DNA of 58,958 nucleotides, the filler included, from Catajapyx aquilonaris (lineage: Eukaryota): the NCBI GenBank assembly GCA_000934665.2. It is 2 parts of 2 records of this genome, joined end to end, with 100 filler letters (N's around TTAATTAATTAA, not from the genome) between each part and the next. Parts side by side here need not be neighbours in the genome. Positions count along the whole stretch, not along the records: positions 29,572 to 58,958 come from KZ539223.1; 1 more part is not named here. One strand, 5' to 3'. Each line of letters starts with the position of its first letter. Within the stretch, counting starts at the first letter, position 1. The notes beneath the pieces are model-generated. The model was not told where the DNA came from. It saw only the letters and a program-made list of their open reading frames with translations, and searched no databases. Below, piece by piece: positions 51,684-58,958 of the stretch. The translations under genes were made by a program, and so were the position numbers.

Positions 51684-53024
51684 TTGAATAGTCGATGAGT
51701 AACGAAACCGATAAGGGGTCTAAGAACATACTGAAGCGCATCGTTAACTCTTCCAGTGTTAGAGGCGAACCCTTGAATAATGGGCCGAACTGATAATTCC
51801 GATAGGCTAGTTTTAATCTTATGTAGTTTGGGCATAGAATAAAGAGCTGGTACTATGTATTTCTGATTATAGGGATTCCTCTCATTTTTAAATTTTATGT
51901 GGCGTTTGTTCAAAAATATCTCGATCAATTTAGGTTTTTGAGTTTAAACGCAACCTGGACCATTTCAGAATGATCTTTCTCGACTGTATCAGTGAACCAC
52001 TCTGTGGTGCCTATTAAGTGACCAATCCTCTTATAAGAGCCACAGTTGAGATGTTCAATCGTTTTGGTCGCATAACAAGCTTCAGTCCATAATTGTCAGG
52101 CCTGCATTTTTTGTCTGCCATCTTTATGACTATGTCGCTACCGTTAAATATACGCAGCCAGGCTTCTGCTTCTATTTGAGAGGTTGATTTCAACGGTGGA
52201 GGCTTCCTAAGACAAGCATGGGTATAAATTTCGAGGCGAATATGACTCTCATAATGTGTTTCTCCGGCATTGAGGTTGGAAACTTCAGATATCCGCTGGC
52301 TTTTACTGAAAATATATATATTTTTTTTTCGTCGTTCCATATGAACCTTTTTCCCGCTTCTCGAGCTGGGCAATGGTATCGCACTACCAGTGATGTTCCA
52401 GGTATGCATCTATTTGTTCCGAGTTGGTGAATTCCCTATCTACATGTTTAATCCCTCTCTCAAGGTATTTCATTACTACTTCAGGTACCACTAGACTGGA
52501 AATATTTGAGCTAGAAAACTGTGTAGTGAATATCCGCCAATTGGCTTGATCTTAAGTTCATTTTGCTCCCATAAATGACTCCAGGATACATTCAATGGTG
52601 GGGACCCCCAATAAGTTGCATAATTTTATATTAGCATTAGAGACAAGTTGCATACAAGTGACTGAGTCCTGCCCTGCAATCTTTGGCCATTCAATCAGTT
52701 TTTTCTCCCGATACTTGATGGTAATGCAAGCTTTCGGATACTGTCATAATCCCACTCGTAGAGTTTTTTAACTGTATGGTTTCGATGATTTAGTAGGAAG
52801 TGGTTTTTCCATCCGGCATTCCAACATCTTAATATGATCTCATCTATTGAGTTCTCGAGCCGGTAATTCAAGCCTGGCGACTTCCATTTCCTGTATAAAG
52901 TGACTGTTTTTTCTGTTTCGCTCGTCAATTATTACCGAGAATTTTTCAGACTGTAGATTACACTTCTTCATTTTCATACCCCAGCAGTTGGCTAGTGTAC
53001 ATATGGTCCATAAGAACTTGTCCT
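51684..53024 (-). mobile_element. Penelope-like element copy 2 (diverged, decayed): ORF1 C-terminus, -1 frameshift, RT N-terminal half
   Basis: Collinear peptide similarity to copy 1: KKLIEWPK, LCNLLG, QIEAEAWL..FNG.DIVIKMADK, NPYNQKYIVP.LYSMPKLHKIK and RPIIQG. Confidence 0.8.
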
Positions 53025-53343
53025 TTGTGGTGTGACCTGGTAGACCCACTAGGTTGTGACGAACCTGCATCTACTCACCTGGTCCGTCGCCCGGTGTCGC
53101 TCAGTCTGGGTCCTTCAATGATAACACACCATTTTGAATACACTACTTTATTGGCACCATCTTACATCTCATTCTCCCGTCTCCCTTCACCGTTGCCAGG
53201 CCTTCCGGCCCACGCCACATGGTTTTCACCGTTGCCATACTCTTGCCACGTTGCCATGCTCTTGCCACGTTGCCATGCCCCCAAACGTGGCAATTCCCCC
53301 CCCCCCCNNNNNNNNNNNNNNNNNNNNNNNNNNNNNNNNNNNC

Positions 53344-54870
53344 ACCGAAAACAATTTCCCGGCCGCGTTTATATATTGAGGGGGATTGGTTTTTGAGGTT
53401 GGCCATCAGCCTTGTGATAGGCAGTGGTAAACAAAAGGCCAAATACCAAGGCGGAGATGATTCCGGGACTAGGTCCCGATAATGAACATATCGGGTTGAG
53501 CGAGTTAGTGCCAGGTGACTAGCACTTAAAATACGTTCCTCATAAACTTGAATGCCCGCACTCAATGAGAGTTCCAGTAATTCCAAGTCATCACAGCCCA
53601 CTTCCGATAACTTTCGGTATACCCTACTGTACCAGTTCAGGCGTGGGGATGAACCTGCCGCCTGGTTTTTGGAGCTAAGGTATGCCAGTTTCTGGAGTCG
53701 GGAGGTAAGAAGGTTGGTCAGCTTTATTAGTTGTTTGCCTATCAATCTCAGGGCTCTTCCAGAAAGTGGTCTAATGCCTAGTTCCAGCCTTAGAAAATAA
53801 TTTGCCGTGTTGGATGGGAGCTGGAGAAACCTCTTCAAGAAATAATTTTGAACCTGATCAAAGATCTGTAAGTGCGCAATTCCCCAGACCTGGGCTCCGT
53901 ATAGAATTACGGGAGCAATTTGGGCGTCAAACAGCCTAAGTGCTACCTGAACGTCACGGACTTTCAGGCGTAGCATTGTATTCCACAGGCTATTGATTGC
54001 CACTTTGGCCTTCTTTTTAAGACATTCCGCCGCCAACGTAAAGTTTCCCGTAGAAAAAAAAACGGTATACCAGGATATGTATATGTGGAGGTTCAGTTAA
54101 GCGGCACAGTGTCCCAAAAGAAAGTACATTTAGGCCGGCAACCGGGCCTTTTAAAATACATCACATTTGTTTTCTTTAGGTTCAAACGCAGGCCATTCAA
54201 GAGAAAGTAATCCCTCGAACAATTTAAGTTTTTCTGAAGATAGGCTTGGCTGTTACATAACAAAATTATGTCATAAGCATAGGCTAAGGTGGTAAAGTCC
54301 GGAGTATTCGGCTCCAAATTTACTCCCGGCGAACCATTTTCGCCGATGTACCTTTCGAGGTCCGAGAGGAAGATGTTAAAAAGTACCGGGCTCAAAGGCT
54401 CACCTTGCGGCAAACCAACCGGGACCCGAATAACTACTTTCGGATCACAATCATCTACAATTCTGAATTTTCTATGATAATCTTGCAGCAACATCACAAA
54501 GCTCCGACTCATCCCCAAAGTTAATAGTTTCGAAAAAAGCAACTGGTGAGAGACCGAGTCAAGCGCTTTTGATAGGTCAATAAAGACGGCAAAAAGCCCC
54601 CCTCTTGGCTTCGATATATACCTTTGAACCAAACAGTTTAAAGAGGAGGTTGTCAACACACCCTCTTCCTGGGCGAAAAGCAGCCTGTGTGTCTGAGAAG
54701 ATTTCATGTTTATTAGCCCAACATAGTAATCGACCAGTGACTATAGAAGAAAAGCGTTTTACTACATTGTTCACCAGAGCGATGGGACGATAATTTCCTG
54801 GTTCCGTTGGGTCACCCGCTTTAAAGACTGGAGTAACCCTCGCACGGGCCCAAACACTGGGTATCTCATG
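53344..54870 (-). pseudogene. Non-LTR retrotransposon (LINE, RTEX/L2-like) RT fragment
   Basis: NYRPIAL, QAAFRPGRGCVD, FIDLSKALDSV, GLPQGEPLSPVLFN, LAYAYD and ILYGAQVWG. Confidence 0.85.
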
Positions 54871-55909
54871 CTAAATGGTTCAATGGATTCGGCATTGACT
54901 GATTAGTCAAATACTGTTACACACCCCACAGCCAAGCTTCAACAAACCAAAACAAAACGCACCCTGGGGGGGGGGGGGTGGAGGCCAGGAATATTTTGGA
55001 GGGTGAGAAAAGTCATAAATCGGCCCGGTACTGTCCTCTGTCGGCCAAGAAATCAACAAAATAATGATACAAAACATCCTCCAAAAACTCAAAAGAAATC
55101 ATAATGAAAATAATAGTACTGTCACTGGTAGGAGAGAGAGAAAAAATCACATCGCGGCACTGTTCACTTGCAAGGCAGGATAGTCTTAGTCAAACCGAAG
55201 TCAAAAGGAGGCGGAGGTGTACGTGTCGTCCTCACAGGGTGTCTTCTGGGACGGAGCCGAAAAGCGGGCGTTGTCCAGACTGGGCTGCATTTTCTTTCAG
55301 AATCTTCTTGCCTTTTTGCAAAATCTTTTCCTGCATATTCTTCGAAAATGCAACTGACAGGGTGGTGGCACACTCCGTCTCACCTGAGAATTCGTCCTCA
55401 ATCTGATATGGATAGTGTGAAATGTATAATTTCAAATCCAACATGTATTTCTGAATTATGGACGAATTTAAAGCAACTTGCGGTTTCCTTAACATCTAAG
55501 AGCCCCTCCTTTTTAATCCACACTGGCGTCTAGCCGGCCTGGTAGTAGCCATGTACTGCAGAATAAGGGATTTGTTCCCTGGTGTTGGTCTTGTTTATTT
55601 TGCAATACATTTCAGCCTCCTCTTCATCTTGAATGTGCACAGAACCGCTTAGACTTTTAGGTTTTTTCATTTGTTTTGGAAATCAATGCTTCCCGGCTTC
55701 GTTTGGTTCTAATGAAGTACTCCAAATGACCTGAGTGACTCAGTGGATCATAATATGCTTTCTAGAATGGGATAAAGTAGTGTGACATTTCGAGAGAGAA
55801 AAAATTGTCGACAAGTGTCTAAATGCTGTAAGACTTACATATCCATGTTTTGGTGTGTTCATTTCTTAGTTTTGGAAATGATTCTATCAGACTTCGTACA
55901 CTGTGTACA

Positions 55910-56007
55910 GTGTACTATGGGCGCCAAAAGAATTGACCGGTTTTGATGGGTTTATGGCGCTATATACCCATCAACTCCGGTCAATTCTTTTGGCGCCCAT
56001 AGTACAC
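55910..56007. repeat. 98-nt near-perfect hairpin
   Basis: GTGTACTATGGGCGCCAAAAGAATTGACCGG pairs with CCGGTCAATTCTTTTGGCGCCCATAGTACAC. Confidence 0.85.
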
Positions 56008-56031
56008 CACTACACATCTTATTCTCATATC

Positions 56032-56364
56032 CTACTTTGCTTCTCTGCTCTTCTTCCTCTCTTCATACACACTAAGTAGTACTGACTGGAACTGGTCATC
56101 ATCCTTGGTCAGACAGGCCTTGTGGTACTCCTGAGCCAAGGCAACTCCTATTTCTGCCAAGTCATTTGTAACTGCTAGGCCTGACACTGCCTTCTGTGCT
56201 TGCTGGTAGCCTGGGTTGGCGCTCCATGTCGCAGGGTCAGAGAAGAAGATGTCAAGTGGAAGGTTCATTATGTTCATAAATTTTGCCGTGTTTCTTGTCA
56301 CGAAACTCGCAAGAGTTATATCATCACAAGCGATAGGCCGAGAAGTGATACAGGGATCAAACAT
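56032..56364 (-). pseudogene. hATm-type transposase C-terminal fragment
   Basis: DPATW...Y..A...V..LAVTNDLAEIGVAL...LTKDDDQFQ. Confidence 0.7.
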
Positions 56365-56464
56365 GTTTATTCAGAGTGAGCCACACAAGTTTGCTGACTG
56401 ACAAAAGCCTCAGCACCACATGTTGATAAGAGTAATACGTGCTCACCTATAATTATAATAATCG

Positions 56465-57100
56465 TCACTGAGACTTAAACTTTATAAGTTTCTGCATATG
56501 TCGGGAGGACCTCTTCGTCGTAGCCCGCGACGTCAACTTTCCTTCATAGTGTAATTTCATTGCCACGAGGGCACGCAACATGTACAGCCGGTGATCACAA
56601 CAAGGAGTGTACTTAGCAAAATATGACGGATGACTCACCTCGGTTACTTTTTTGATGCTGTCAGTGGCCCCAAGAGAACTTTCATGCCTCTTTTTCGGAT
56701 AGATAAAGTGATACGCCTGCAATTGCTTTGTCACAACTGAAACGAGCATGTCACTGGGTGCCACCAGATTCCCAAAGTCTGGAGTCTGATCTTTTGACGG
56801 CGTACGCCAGGAAGAATATCAATAGCTGTTCATCCCTCTGAATAGTTTTATTTTGGTGGACCACTGTTGAATGGCAGTCGTGGCACAAAGGAAAGTTTTT
56901 AAAGCACTTTTGTGCCAAGTACACTGCGACGTACTCTATGCTGCTCGTTTCCAGTCCAGTCATATTCAGTGAATCACTGCTTTCTGCCACCTCCCTCAGC
57001 TCTCTGTGTAGACCTATGTCCTCATCCTCTTCCAGGATCATCTCTTCATATGATGATCTGGGACTGCAAGGCGAGAGTTGATGGGGTGTCGTACTGCAAT
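56465..57100 (-). pseudogene. P-element/THAP9-like transposase C-terminal fragment
   Basis: IEYVAVYLAQK...CHDC, GNLVAPSD and CCDH. Confidence 0.6.
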
Positions 57101-57856
57101 TATTATTATTGCAATTAAGAATTATTAACAGTTAGCATATGCAAGTAAGTGATGGGAAGTAGGCCTATACCGCCGTGCCATCCCAGATCAATATTAGGAT
57201 CCGGCCACATACCTGGTGTGGCTTGACAGAGGGTGGCCCGAATCAGGATCTTGGTGAGTCAAGAGCATCTCGTCGTCGCTTGGCTCACAGTTGGCTGATT
57301 CAGGAGGCTGCAGCATGCGAACGCACATTGCATGTTGCAATGCACAACGGAACTGGCGGGCCGATAAACAAAGTTTCCAGGGGATCCTGATATAGTCTGG
57401 ATGTCAGGAGAAACTTCATCCCCTTATTTTTCTAATCCCTCCATAGACTCAACGTGGAAGACAGAGTTATGAGTAGGCCGTCGAAGCAGTCCGGGTTGCC
57501 TGAGTCACTTGTTAATACCCACGATGCAGGGAACGGCAAAGGGGACTTTTGGCCAATGAGTTATTGGTGCGGTACAGCGTGTATGAAATGCACCTGTTGA
57601 GCTTACCTTGTAGCTCATCAGCCGTCACGAATTCCTCCATGGGCACGTCGCATGAGTGAAGGGTTCCGTCCTCGATGAATACCAGGCAACAAGAACAATG
57701 CGTGATCATCTCCGCTGCTAGCTCACCGATACGACCACCGTCCGCTCACTGCTGCTAGTCCTCCCGCCACCCGCCCTCCCTCCGCCCGCTCCACCCATCT
57801 CTCCAAAATGTCTCTTCCACCTCCGAGAATCCCCATTATTGACTTTTCAGAATATA

Positions 57857-58690
57857 TTAATCAGGTCCGTGCAAATTACAATTGAGTTGTCGATATCTAC
57901 GTCTCTTCCTCCTCACCACAGGCAGGCTTTGTGCAAGCTGGTTTCGCAGAATCTTAGCAGCTTTGCATGCAGCTGGATCTTCCTCTCCATGATCTTCAAG
58001 ATACTCATCGGGGTCATGCAGGTCTTCCACGGCACCCTCATCAACGTCATCTGGGAGATCATATGAGCCACAAAGGTTGTGCAGGACACATGAAGCCATT
58101 GTAATCTTGCAGATTCTCTTTATGCAGCCAACTTCTACAAAATAAAGTCCGCGGAATCGCTGCTTAAGGAGGCCAAACGTGTGCTCGATTCGAACTCGCT
58201 GCGAACTGTGCTGATAGTTGTAATTCTTCTTCCATTCTGGAAGGCTCCCAGTGTCTCGGTATGGGGTGAGAAGGTATGAAGTGAGTGAGTAGGCGCCATC
58301 ACCAAGTAGATAGTATCCACCTGCAAGAAATTAAATTGTCAAAAATGCGCTTCTAGTCACCTGGGTTGTGGAACTGACCTTCGCGCTAAGTCCTGGAATA
58401 TCCTTACGAACGAAAGAGTTTTTGAACACCTTTGCGTCATATGTACGGCCCGGGTATCCAATGAACACATCTCGGAATCTCTTCTGATCATCGCATATTC
58501 CCTGCAGGATTATGGCATGGAATTTCTTCCTATTGTAATACGAGCTAGGTGACTCGGATGGTGTTCTGATGGGATGAAGCTCCCATCTATGGCTCCAACC
58601 ACTCTCGAGGCCTAATTCTGCAGGAAACCCCTCTGCTATTCGGGGCTTCTAATCTTTTGTTGGCAGCTTTATGACTTCTGCTGAAATGCT
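57857..58690 (-). pseudogene. PIF/Harbinger (HARBI1-like) transposase fragment with a retained intron
   Basis: VGAIDGS, YYNRKKFHAIILQGICD, GYPGRTYDAKVF, LLGDGAY, RVRIEHTFGLLKQRFR and CVLHNLC. Confidence 0.9.
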
Positions 58691-58700
58691 GTATGAATTC

Positions 58701-58820
58701 CTGTTTCGCTCGTCAATTATTACCGAGAATTTTTCAGACTAGATTACACTTCTTCTATTTCATACCCCAGCAGTTGGCAGTATTTAAAGGGTCTAAATTA
58801 GTGTACATATGGTCCATAAG
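58701..58820 (-). mobile_element. PLE ORF1 fragment (copy 3), near-identical to 52913-53014
   Basis: Direct nucleotide repeat. The consensus peptide aligns without gaps to ORF1 of copy 1. Confidence 0.75.
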
Positions 58821-58881
58821 GTTGGTTAGGTTAGGTTAGGTTAGGGTTAGGGTTAGGTTAGGGTTAGGTTAGGTTAGGTTA
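58821..58881 (+). repeat. Arthropod telomeric-type repeat (TTAGG)n with TTAGGG variants
   Basis: About 11 units read directly from the sequence. Confidence 0.9.
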
Positions 58882-58958
58882 CCGTCAATCAAGCCGGTTG
58901 ACCGGAATGAGAAAAACCAATGCGGGCCTGGGGGTGTAATCCCAGGCCTTAGAGTACA

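Noticed and set aside
52913..53014. KFSVIIDER as a hAT transposase motif
   Set aside because: The wider peptide aligns gap-free with ORF1 of PLE copy 1, so it is PLE-derived.
55104..55680. Transib/RAG-like transposase remnant (DT-HLRL-like motif on -)
   Set aside because: Too degraded to assign by eye, so it was not counted as a feature.
58821..58881. True chromosome end
   Set aside because: Only about 60 nt of repeats, with unique sequence after them, so the tract is interstitial or junctional.

Overview
This is animal genomic DNA, probably arthropod (TTAGG repeats, short AT-rich introns), in two very different halves. (1) 1-28 kb is euchromatic. It holds a 9-exon MAP2K4/MKK4 gene on + (CDS 1220-23406, about 381 aa, reconstructed by hand) whose introns are packed with palindromic MITEs and tRNA-derived SINEs. 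It also holds a convergent TMEM186 on - with its whole CDS in one exon. (2) From about 28.1 kb to the end, past an artificial 100-nt scaffold linker (N44-TTAATTAATTAA-N44), there is a 2.8-kb nested foldback. It is followed by a dense mosaic of short fragments from many TE superfamilies (Sola, CACTA-associated, Gypsy, BEL/Pao, Sailor-type IS630/Tc1, hAT, hATm, P, Harbinger, LINE, Penelope-like). Every fragment I can orient is on the minus strand, which resembles a uni-strand (flamenco-like) piRNA cluster. Embedded in the mosaic is a Terminon/Athena-like Penelope-type system. Two diverged ORF1-RT copies share an A_AAA_AAC-TGA -1 frameshift site. There are four minimal type I hammerhead ribozymes with palindromic stem III, an RT piece apparently lacking the GIY-YIG endonuclease, and a 5'-truncated copy capped directly by (TTAGG)n. 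All family assignments come from motif recognition by eye; no database searches were run.
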